From: Candidatus Rokuibacteriota bacterium
GTDB taxonomy: Bacteria > Methylomirabilota > Methylomirabilia > Rokubacteriales > DASRDR01
Length of the DNA stretch: 22,029 bases
Assembly: GCA_044866005.1 (NCBI GenBank)
Contig: JBIOTN010000023.1
Location: forward strand, 1 to 22,029
Reading direction: 5' to 3'
This document shows positions 7,768 through 15,365 of this stretch, piece by piece (within the stretch, counting starts at the first letter, position 1; each line of letters starts with the position of its first letter). Made by a program: the position numbers and the translations under genes. Below the pieces are notes generated by a model, which was given only the letters and a program-made list of their open reading frames with translations, was not told where the DNA came from and did not search any database.

Positions 7768-10065
7768 TCAGCCGGCCCGCCGCGCGTGGAGGGCGCGCCA
7801 GAGGCGCTCGGGCGTGATCGGCAGCCGCGTGACGCGGACGCCGACCGCGTCGAAGACCGCGTTGGCGATCGCGGGCGCGGTGGGGACCATCGCCGGCTCG
7901 CCGATCCCGCGCGCGCCCCACGGACCCATCCCCTCGCCCGACTCGAGGACGATCGAGGCCACGTCCGGGACGTCGAGCGCCGTCGGGATCAGGTAGGTCA
8001 TGAGGTTGGGGGTGAGCGTGACCCCCGCCGCGACCCGGTCCTCCTCGAGGAGCGCGTAGCCGATCCCCATCGCGACGCCGCCCTCGATCTGCCCCTCGAC
8101 GGAGTTCCGGTTGATCGCCCGCCCGACGTCGTAGCAGGCGGCGATGCGGCGGACCTGGACCTCGCCGGTCACCTCGTCCACCTCGACCTCGGCCGCCTGC
8201 GATCCGAAGGTGAAGTCCGGAAAGACCTTCCCCTGCCCCGTCTCGAAGTCCATCACCTGCCCGGCCGGCGCCTGGTAGATGGCGAACGCCGAGCGCGGCC
8301 GGTGCGAGCGCGCGCACGCCGCCGCCAGCTCCTTGAAGGCAACCTTCCGCTCGCCGTCGCCGCGCGCGATCGCCATCCCGTCCGTCAGCTCGACGGCGGC
8401 GGGGTCGACGCGGAGGAGCTCCGCCGTCTGCGCCACCAGGGTCGCGCGGAGCTCGCTCGCCGCCTTGTGCACCGCGGAGCCGGACATGTAGAGCTGCCGG
8501 GTGGCGGTCGTCGTGCCGGCGAGCGGCGTGAGCGCCGAGTCGCCGATGTGCACGGCGATCTCCTCCGAGCGCACGCCGAGGACCTCGGCCGCGATCTGGA
8601 CGAGCGCGGCGGCCTGGCCGCCGCCGATGTCGGGGACGCCGGTGCGGATCAGCACGGTGCCGTCCATCTGGAGCTCGATCCACGCGCTCGACCAGTCGTG
8701 GAGCCAGACGATCCGGCCGTACGCGGTGAGCGCGGAGGCGACGCCGCGCCCGACGCGCTTGCCAGGGGCCGAGGGCGGCGCCGGCGGGCCGAGGGCCGAG
8801 ACGGCGCGGCGCGCCGTCTCGGGCAGCAGCACGGCGGTCTCGAGCTCCTGCCCGGAGGCCAGCCGCTCGCCCTTCCGGAGGTAGCTCCGCTCGCGGAACT
8901 CGAGGGGATCGAGCCGGAGGGCGCGCGCGAGCGCGTCCATCTGGCTCTCGTAGGCGAAGGCCGGCTGGGCCGAGCCGAAGCCGCGGAACGCGGAAGTCGG
9001 CGGGTTGTTGGTGAGCACGGAGACCCCGTCCACCTTCACGTGCGGGACGCGATACGGCCCGGCCGCGTGGACCATCGCGTAGAGGAGCGTGAGCGGCGAG
9101 AGGTAGGCGTAGGCCCCGGCGTCCGAGATCAGCTCGACCTCGAGGGCGACGAGCGTGCCGTCGCGCTTGGCGCCGTGCTTGTACCGCATGACGAACGGAT
9201 GGCGCTTGGTCGGCGAGAGGATCGACTCCTCCCGCGAGTAGCAGAGCCGCACGGGCCGCTTCGTCTTCCAGACGAGCAGGCCGAGAAAGACCTCGACCGT
9301 GACGTCCTCTTTCCCGCCGAAGCCGCCCCCGATGTAGGGCGCGATGAGCCGCACCCGGGCATGGGGGAGCCCGAGGACGTTCGCCACGTCGCGGAAGTGC
9401 TCGATGACCTGGGTCGCCACGCGGAGGGTGATGACGCCGTCCTCGTCGAGCCAGCCCACGCCCGCCTCCGGCTCGATGAAGGCGTGGTCGATGAACCCGG
9501 TCCGATACGTCTCGGCCACGACGACGTCGGCCTCGCGGAAGCCGGCCTCGACGTCGCCCTTCCGGATCTTCCACCGGGAGATGACGTTGCCGCTCGGCTC
9601 GAGCTGGGGCGCCCCGGGCCGCATGGCCTCCTCGGGGTCGAACACGCCCGGGAGGTCCTCGTACTCGACGCCGACCAGGCGGGCCCCCTCCTCCGCCGCC
9701 TCCTCCGTCTCCGCGGCGACGAGCGCGACCGCCTCGCCGAGGTAGCGGACCACCTCGTCGGCCAGCACCTGGGTCCGCGCGCGCAGCGGGCCGACGGTGG
9801 TGGTCTGCCCGGGCACGTCGCTGAAGAGCACGTTGTTCGGCACGTCCCGCGCGGTCAGCACGCCCTTGACGCCGGGCAGGGCTTCGGCCCGGCTCGTGTC
9901 CACCTTGAGGAGCCGCGCCGACGCGCGCGTCGCGCGGACGACCTTGGCGTGGAGCATCCCGGCCAGCGCGAGGTCGTCGGCGTAGCGGAGGCGCCCGTGG
10001 ACCTTGTCGCGGGCGTCGTGCCGCGGCGCCCGCGTGCCCACGATCCGGAAGCCGCCCTCGCTCAC
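7768..10065 (-). CDS. Xanthine dehydrogenase family molybdopterin-binding (large) subunit
   Basis: DARDKVHGRLRYADD, HAFIEPE, ATQ, IGGGFGGK, AFRGFG, VEGQIEGG, and GARGIGEP with the catalytic Glu. Likely start GTG 10065 (ORF track: 10131). Confidence 0.95.
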   Translation of the reverse strand: MSEGGFRIVGTRAPRHDARDKVHGRLRYADDLALAGMLHAKVVRATRASARLLKVDTSRAEALPGVKGVLTARDVPNNVLFSDVPGQTTTVGPLRARTQVLADEVVRYLGEAVALVAAETEEAAEEGARLVGVEYEDLPGVFDPEEAMRPGAPQLEPSGNVISRWKIRKGDVEAGFREADVVVAETYRTGFIDHAFIEPEAGVGWLDEDGVITLRVATQVIEHFRDVANVLGLPHARVRLIAPYIGGGFGGKEDVTVEVFLGLLVWKTKRPVRLCYSREESILSPTKRHPFVMRYKHGAKRDGTLVALEVELISDAGAYAYLSPLTLLYAMVHAAGPYRVPHVKVDGVSVLTNNPPTSAFRGFGSAQPAFAYESQMDALARALRLDPLEFRERSYLRKGERLASGQELETAVLLPETARRAVSALGPPAPPSAPGKRVGRGVASALTAYGRIVWLHDWSSAWIELQMDGTVLIRTGVPDIGGGQAAALVQIAAEVLGVRSEEIAVHIGDSALTPLAGTTTATRQLYMSGSAVHKAASELRATLVAQTAELLRVDPAAVELTDGMAIARGDGERKVAFKELAAACARSHRPRSAFAIYQAPAGQVMDFETGQGKVFPDFTFGSQAAEVEVDEVTGEVQVRRIAACYDVGRAINRNSVEGQIEGGVAMGIGYALLEEDRVAAGVTLTPNLMTYLIPTALDVPDVASIVLESGEGMGPWGARGIGEPAMVPTAPAIANAVFDAVGVRVTRLPITPERLWRALHARRAG

Positions 10066-10090
10066 GGGTGTCGCCGGCGTCCCGGCCGTG

Positions 10091-10561
10091 TCATCGGGCC
10101 GCGAGCTGCCGGGCGGCCGCCTCGGCCGCATCCACGATCTTGTGGTAGCCCGTGCAGCGGCAGAGATTGCCGCCGATGGCTTCGCGGATCTGCTGCCGCG
10201 TGGGCCGCGGGTGGGCCTGGAGGAACGCCGCGAGCGAGACGAGCATGCCGGGGATACAGATCCCGCACTGCGCCGCGCCCAGCTCGACGAACGCCGCCTG
10301 GAGGGGATGCTCGACCCCGGCGCCTCCGAGGCTTCGCACGGTCGTGACGCTCTTCCCGTCGGCCTGCACGGCGAGGGCCAGGCACGAGTTGATCGCCTTC
10401 CCCTCCAGCACGACGGCGCAGGCCCCGCAGTCCCCGCGCTCGCATCCGGACTTGACCTCCGTGGCGGCGAGGCGCTGCCGGAGGACCCAGAGCAGGGTCT
10501 CGTGCGGCTCCACCGCGACCCGCGTGCGGTCCCCGTTCAGGGTGAGCTCGATCGTGCGCAC
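10091..10561 (-). CDS. Xanthine dehydrogenase family (2Fe-2S)-binding (small) subunit
   Basis: GCERGDCGAC...NSC and QCGIC...GNLCRCTGY: two [2Fe-2S] motifs. Confidence 0.96.
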   Translation of the reverse strand: MRTIELTLNGDRTRVAVEPHETLLWVLRQRLAATEVKSGCERGDCGACAVVLEGKAINSCLALAVQADGKSVTTVRSLGGAGVEHPLQAAFVELGAAQCGICIPGMLVSLAAFLQAHPRPTRQQIREAIGGNLCRCTGYHKIVDAAEAAARQLAAR

Positions 10562-10563
10562 GG

Positions 10564-11421
10564 CTACGGCCCGTCCCGGACCACGGCGAGCCCGCGCGCC
10601 ACGAGCCCCCGCACCATCGCCTGCCGGTACTCCAGGGAGCCCCGGACGTCGCTGATCGGCCGGGCCGCGGCGGCCGCGAGGTCGGCGGCCCGCGCGATCC
10701 GCGGGGCCGTCAGCGGCTCGCCGACGAGCGCCGCCTCGGCCTCGGCCGCGCGGAAGGGCCGGGGGGCGACGGCGCCGAGGGCGATCGCCGCCGCCCGGCA
10801 GCGGCCGGCCGCGTCCGACTCGACGCGGATCGCCACGCTCACCACCGCGATCGCGCCGCCGCGCTTGAGCCCGAGCTTGTAGAAGAACTGCGCGCCCCCC
10901 GTCACGGGCACGTCCACCGCGTGGACGAGCTCGCCGGCCGCGAGCGCGGTGCGGCGAGGACCGAGGAGGAACCCGTCCAGGGCGAGCACGCGGTCGCCCG
11001 ACGGCCCGGCCAGCCGGACCCGCGCGTCGAGCGCCAGGAGCGGGACCACGAGGTCCGCGCCCGGGCTGGCGTTGGCGAGGTTCCCGCCGAGCGTCGCCCT
11101 GTTGCGCGTGAGGAAGTCGGCGAACTCCCGCGCCGCCTGGTGGAGCGCGGGCAGTCGCTCCGCGACGAGCGGCGAGGCGACGAGCTCGGCGACGGTCGTG
11201 CCGCCGCCGAGACGCACCCCGCCGTCGGCCGGCTCGATCCCCTGGAGGTCGGGAAGCTCCGAGACGTCGACGAGCAGCCGCGGAGCCTGGCGCCGCTCGC
11301 GCATGTCGACGAGCAGATCGGTCCCCCCCGCCAGCGGCCGGGCGTCCGGGTGCTCGGCGAGCAGGGTCGCCGCCTGGGGCAGCGAGGTCGCGCGCCGATA
11401 CTCGAAGCGGGGCAGCAGCAT
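10564..11421 (-). CDS. Xanthine dehydrogenase family FAD-binding (medium) subunit
   Basis: LAGGTDL, RNRATLGGNLANASPGAD, ALGAVAPRP, PISDVRGSLEYR. Confidence 0.95.
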   Translation of the reverse strand: MLLPRFEYRRATSLPQAATLLAEHPDARPLAGGTDLLVDMRERRQAPRLLVDVSELPDLQGIEPADGGVRLGGGTTVAELVASPLVAERLPALHQAAREFADFLTRNRATLGGNLANASPGADLVVPLLALDARVRLAGPSGDRVLALDGFLLGPRRTALAAGELVHAVDVPVTGGAQFFYKLGLKRGGAIAVVSVAIRVESDAAGRCRAAAIALGAVAPRPFRAAEAEAALVGEPLTAPRIARAADLAAAAARPISDVRGSLEYRQAMVRGLVARGLAVVRDGP

Positions 11422-11444
11422 CTCAGCTCACTGCGATCCGGCGG

Positions 11445-11993
11445 CTACTCGCCGAAGATCACGATGGGCGTCTCGACCGGGCTCCCGGTCGTGCCCTCGT
11501 CGACGAAGATCCGGATGTCCCGCTGGCCGGGGGCGTCCCGGGTGAGGATCTGGATGTTCTGGGTGCTCGGCGACGTGCTCCCGAAGCTCGACGTCGAGCG
11601 CGCGCCCCCGAAGCCGCCCACGCCGGTCAGGTCCTGGATCGTCACCCGCGTCGCGGTCGTCGGGCCCGACGCCGGGCTCGCCGGCGGCGCCGCGGTCGTC
11701 ACGCCGGGCGGAGCCGACACCGGTCGCGGCCCGTCCACGGTGACGCGGAAGGTCCGCGCGTCCGTCGCGGTGCTGCCGAAGCTCGTCGTCCCCGAGCCAC
11801 CGGCGAACCCGGAGACCCCGCGGCTCCCCTGGACCGTCACGGTCGTCGAGGTCGTGCCGCTGGGCGCCGGCGCTGGCGTGGCGGCCGGCCGGCCGACGAT
11901 GATCGGCAGGATCACGCGGGATTGCGCCGCCGCGTCCACGGCGCCGAGGAGCCCGAGCGCAAGGCCGGCCATGCTCACCACGATCGTCCGCAT
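11445..11993 (-). CDS. Hypothetical secreted Thr/Ser/Gly/Pro-rich protein with an internal duplication
   Basis: Signal peptide ending AAA|Q. Fills the gap exactly between the neighbouring genes. Duplicated motif VT[VI]Q...GVxGF[AG]G...SFGST. Confidence 0.75.
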   Translation of the reverse strand: MRTIVVSMAGLALGLLGAVDAAAQSRVILPIIVGRPAATPAPAPSGTTSTTVTVQGSRGVSGFAGGSGTTSFGSTATDARTFRVTVDGPRPVSAPPGVTTAAPPASPASGPTTATRVTIQDLTGVGGFGGARSTSSFGSTSPSTQNIQILTRDAPGQRDIRIFVDEGTTGSPVETPIVIFGE

Positions 11994-11994
11994 C

Positions 11995-12246
11995 TCACAC
12001 CCCCGTTCCCCCGCCCTGGATGGCGGGAATCAGCGTCACCTCGTCTCCATCGCGCAGCACGGTGGCGTCCGCCGCCGACTCGCCGTTGACCGCGGCGTGG
12101 AGCTCGAGGGCCGAGAGCCCGAGCCGCTGCATCGCCTCGAACACGGTCGCGCCCCCCGGCAGCTCGAGGCGGATCCCGCCGGGCCCATCCCCGCCGCGGG
12201 CCAGGCCGAAGACGTACTTCACCGTGACGACCACGATACCTGTCAT
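11995..12246 (-). CDS. MoaD/ThiS family sulfur carrier (ubiquitin-like) protein
   Basis: Beta-grasp pattern V-K-Y...GATV...AAVNG...LRDGDEVTLIPAIQGG, followed by GTGV-stop. Confidence 0.88.
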   Translation of the reverse strand: MTGIVVVTVKYVFGLARGGDGPGGIRLELPGGATVFEAMQRLGLSALELHAAVNGESAADATVLRDGDEVTLIPAIQGGGTGV

Positions 12247-12254
12247 AGCACCCG

Positions 12255-12731
12255 CTAGCGTCGCCGTCCAGCGCGCCGCCGGGGGCGGCTCGCCCGTCTG
12301 GCCGGCTTCCGGGGCGCCGGCCGGCGCGGGGTGACCGCGATCGCCTCGACCTCGAGGAACAGCCCCGGGCGGGCCAGCGACTGGACGACGACACCGGTGT
12401 TCGGCGGGTACACGCCGTCGGGAAAGAGCTTCGGGTATTCGCGCTTCCGCCAGTCGGCGAAGACCGCGAAGTCCTCGTACCGCGTCAGGAACGTCGTGAA
12501 CTTCACCACGTCGCGGAACGCGCAGCCCGCCTCGCCCAGCACGGCCGCCAGGTTCCGATAGACCTGCGCCGCCTGGGCGGCGAAGTCGCCTTCGCCGACG
12601 ACGCGGCCGCTCGCGTCCATCGCGACCTGCCCGGCGACGAAGACGAGTCGGCCCGGATCGACCTCGAAGCCTGCCGAATACATCCCGATCGGCTTGCCGT
12701 CGCCCGTGGGCGTGAGCACCTTCCGCGCCAT
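12255..12731 (-). CDS. RidA/YjgF/UK114 family protein
   Basis: PIGMYSAG, LVFVAGQVA, QAAQVYRNLAAVL, DVVKFTTFL, LARPGLFLEVEAIA; basic C-terminal tail; GGAGG RBS. Confidence 0.92.
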   Translation of the reverse strand: MARKVLTPTGDGKPIGMYSAGFEVDPGRLVFVAGQVAMDASGRVVGEGDFAAQAAQVYRNLAAVLGEAGCAFRDVVKFTTFLTRYEDFAVFADWRKREYPKLFPDGVYPPNTGVVVQSLARPGLFLEVEAIAVTPRRPAPRKPARRASRPRRRAGRRR

Positions 12732-12788
12732 CGATCGCCTCCCAGGCTATGCCCGCGCCACGCGCGGGGGCATGTTTGGATCCATCGA

Positions 12789-12950
12789 CGCGCCGCCGCG
12801 GGTGGCGCCGGCGGCGCCTCCGGAGCGGGCGGGCGGAGTGGGACCCCTTCGCGCTCCTGTCGCCGTTCCACGAACGGCGGCAGGGCGCGAACGGGTGACG
12901 GAGCCCGCCCCGACGGAGGCAAGCCGGCGACAGGACCCGCGGCAGGCGCG
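12789..12950 (+). repeat. Structured interspersed element, copy 2 (~162-nt rod-like hairpin)
   Basis: Same conserved blocks and pairing scheme as 106-273, with compensatory substitutions in the stems. Confidence 0.85.
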
Positions 12951-12957
12951 GCTGAAG

Positions 12958-13737
12958 CTACACATCCCAGCCGCCGTCGACGGTGAGGCACTGGCCCGTC
13001 ATGTTCCGGGACTCCTCGCTGCAGAGGAAGCAGACGGCGCCGGCGACGTCCTCCGCCGTGGTGACGCGCTTGAGCGCCATCTCCGCGACGTACTCCGCAT
13101 GGACCTGCTGGGGCGTCCAGCCGCGCTTCTTCGCCTTCTCCCGGCAGAGCCGCGCCATGCGGTCGCCGCCGACGATGCCCGGGGCGACGCAGTTGACGTT
13201 CACGCCGTACGGGCCCACCTCGAGCGCGACCGTCCGCGTGAACCCCCGCACGGCCCACTTCGAGGCGGAGTAGGCCGCCCGGAGCTTGTAGCCGCGGAGG
13301 CCCGAGGTCCCGGCGATGTTGACGATCTTCCCGTGCCGCTGCGCGATCATGTGGGGGACGACGTGCTTGGTCGGCAAGAACGTCCCCCGGAGGTTCACCG
13401 CCAGCACCTCGTCCCAGTCCTCCACCGTGATCTCGTGGACGGGCGTCTCGATCGGGCCCGTCGTCCCGGCGCAGTTGACCAGGATGTCGATCCGCCCGAA
13501 GCCGTCCCGGGCCGCCGCGGCCATGGCGCGGACCGAGGCCTCCTCTCGCACGTCGGTCGGCACGACGAGCGCCTTCCGGCCGAGCGCTCGGACCTCGCCC
13601 GCCAGGGCCTCGAGCGGCGCCGCCTCGCGGGCCGCCAGCACGAGGTCCGCGCCTTCCCCGGCCAGGCGGAGCACGATCGCGCGCCCCATGCCCTTGGCCC
13701 CGCCCGTCACGATCGCGACCTGGTCGCGGAGCCTCAT
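12958..13737 (-). CDS. SDR family NAD(P)-dependent oxidoreductase
   Basis: TGGAKGMG, DILVNCAG, YSASK, VNCVAPG, TGQCLTVDGG. ATG 13737 overlaps the upstream stop (ATGA). Confidence 0.95.
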   Translation of the reverse strand: MRLRDQVAIVTGGAKGMGRAIVLRLAGEGADLVLAAREAAPLEALAGEVRALGRKALVVPTDVREEASVRAMAAAARDGFGRIDILVNCAGTTGPIETPVHEITVEDWDEVLAVNLRGTFLPTKHVVPHMIAQRHGKIVNIAGTSGLRGYKLRAAYSASKWAVRGFTRTVALEVGPYGVNVNCVAPGIVGGDRMARLCREKAKKRGWTPQQVHAEYVAEMALKRVTTAEDVAGAVCFLCSEESRNMTGQCLTVDGGWDV

Positions 13738-15365
13738 CCCGGCTCCGCGACGTATCCCTCGAGCCGGTCCCGTGCCGCGAGGGCCGGCGGGCGCTCGACC
13801 GGGGGGCCGTAGCCGCCGCCCCCGGAGGTCTCGATGAGCACCACGTCGCCCGGCTCGAGCCGGAGGGTTTCCTTGCCCTTGACGTCGCGCCGCGCGCCCC
13901 CGCGGTCGAGCGTGATCCGGAACGTCCGGCCATCGGCGCCGCCGAAGGCGCCCCACGGGGGCACGACCCGGCGCTCGAGCATCGTCGTGAGCGTGGCCTC
14001 GGCGAGCAGGCGGTACGCCCGGCTGAGGCCGCAGCCGCCGCGGTAGGTCCCCGCCCCGCCGCTCCCCGGACGGAGGGCGTGGTGCAGGAGCTCCACCGGG
14101 TACTCGGTCTCGATCACCTCGGCCGGCGTGTTCATCACGTTCGACATGTGGACCCGCACGGCGTGGCCCCCGTCGCGGTGGGCGCCGGCGCCCTCGCCGC
14201 CCCCGTGGACCTCGTAGAGGATCTGCCAGCGACCGTCGCGTCGCGTGCCGAAGATGAGCAGCCCCGCCGTCGTCGGCCCACCGGCGGTGATCCGCTCGGG
14301 AATGGCCCGCGCCAGCGCCTTGTAGCAGGCGTCCACGACGCGCTGCGAGGTCTCGTGGTTGCCGCCGACGACCGGCAGGTCGGCCGGCGGGTCGAGGATC
14401 GTGCCGGGGGGGATGCGCACCGCGATCGGACGATAGCAGCCGTCGTTGCCGGGGACGTCGGGCGCCACCAGCGACTTGAGGCTGTAGTAGACGGCCGAGC
14501 AGGTCACGAAGGGGGTCGCGTTCACCGGGCCCTTGACCGCGGCGCCGGTCCCCGCGAAGTCGAACGTCGCGCGGTCGCCCTCGACGGTGACGGTCACGCG
14601 GACCGGCACCGGCCGGTCGTCGTGGCCGTCATCGTCCACCCAGTCCTCGCCCGCGTAGACGCCGGGCGGAATGGTGCGGATCGCCGCGCGCATCTCGGCC
14701 TCGGCGGCCGCCATCAGGCGGTCGAAGCACGCGGTGAGCACGCGCACGCCGTAGCGCTCGACGAGCTCGCGGAGCCGCCGCGCCGCCACCCCGGCGGCCG
14801 CGTACTGCGCGAGGCAGTCCCCCTCCCGCTCCTCGCGTCCGCGCACGTTCGCCATGACGAGGTCGAAGGCCCGGGTCGGCCCCCGCCGATCGAAGACCTT
14901 GATCGGCGCGATCCGGAGCCCCTCCTGGAAGGCGTCGCTCGCCCACGGCACGTACGAGCCGGGGACCGCGCCCCCGATGTCGGCCCAGTGGGCGAGGCTG
15001 ATGGCGAAGGCCAGGAGGCGCCCGCCGGCGAACACGGGCCGGATCGCCTTCACGTCGGGCAGGTGGTTGCCGCCGACCTCGGGCAGGTTCAGGTAGTAGA
15101 CGTCGCCCTCGCGGAGGTCGCGGCGCGGCACCCGCTGGAGGAACTTCTTCACGGTGAAGGCCATGACCCCGAGGTGGATCGGGATGTCGCGGCCCTGGGC
15201 GATCAGCCGGCCCCGCGCGTCGGTGAGCGCGCTCGAGAGGTCGCCCGCCTCCTTGAGGAGCGGCGAGCGGGCCGAGCGCATGACGATGACGCTCATCTCC
15301 TCCGCGATCGCGAGGAGCGCGTGGCGCACGACCTCGAGGGTGATCGGACTGATCCCGCCCCTCAT
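13734..15365 (-). CDS. Hydantoinase B/oxoprolinase family protein (metal-binding subunit)
   Basis: ITLEVVRHALLAIAEEM, RSARSPLLKEAGDLS, GGNHLPD, AHWADIGGAVPGS, FQEGLRIAP, NTPAEVIETEYP, SGGAG, GGGGYGPP. ATG 15365 overlaps the A-subunit stop. Confidence 0.95.
   Translation of the reverse strand: MRGGISPITLEVVRHALLAIAEEMSVIVMRSARSPLLKEAGDLSSALTDARGRLIAQGRDIPIHLGVMAFTVKKFLQRVPRRDLREGDVYYLNLPEVGGNHLPDVKAIRPVFAGGRLLAFAISLAHWADIGGAVPGSYVPWASDAFQEGLRIAPIKVFDRRGPTRAFDLVMANVRGREEREGDCLAQYAAAGVAARRLRELVERYGVRVLTACFDRLMAAAEAEMRAAIRTIPPGVYAGEDWVDDDGHDDRPVPVRVTVTVEGDRATFDFAGTGAAVKGPVNATPFVTCSAVYYSLKSLVAPDVPGNDGCYRPIAVRIPPGTILDPPADLPVVGGNHETSQRVVDACYKALARAIPERITAGGPTTAGLLIFGTRRDGRWQILYEVHGGGEGAGAHRDGGHAVRVHMSNVMNTPAEVIETEYPVELLHHALRPGSGGAGTYRGGCGLSRAYRLLAEATLTTMLERRVVPPWGAFGGADGRTFRITLDRGGARRDVKGKETLRLEPGDVVLIETSGGGGYGPPVERPPALAARDRLEGYVAEPG

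Noticed and set aside
7768..11421. Aerobic CO dehydrogenase (coxMSL) or 4-hydroxybenzoyl-CoA reductase
   Set aside because: The active-site loop is AFRGFG, not AYxCSFR (form I) or AYRGAGR (form II). The FAD subunit lacks the Cys-rich [4Fe-4S] insert of HcrB.
12789..12950. Moco riboswitch, 6S RNA or SRP RNA identity for the long hairpin
   Set aside because: No recognisable Moco or SRP consensus. A second copy lies downstream of unrelated degQ, and wobble pairs favour the strand opposite the downstream genes. There is no large central 6S-type bubble. A formal cmscan is still needed.
106..12950. The two long repeats as att sites or termini of one integrated element
   Set aside because: The copies are diverged with structure-preserving changes, the enclosed DNA holds ordinary chromosomal genes, and no integrase or transposase is present.
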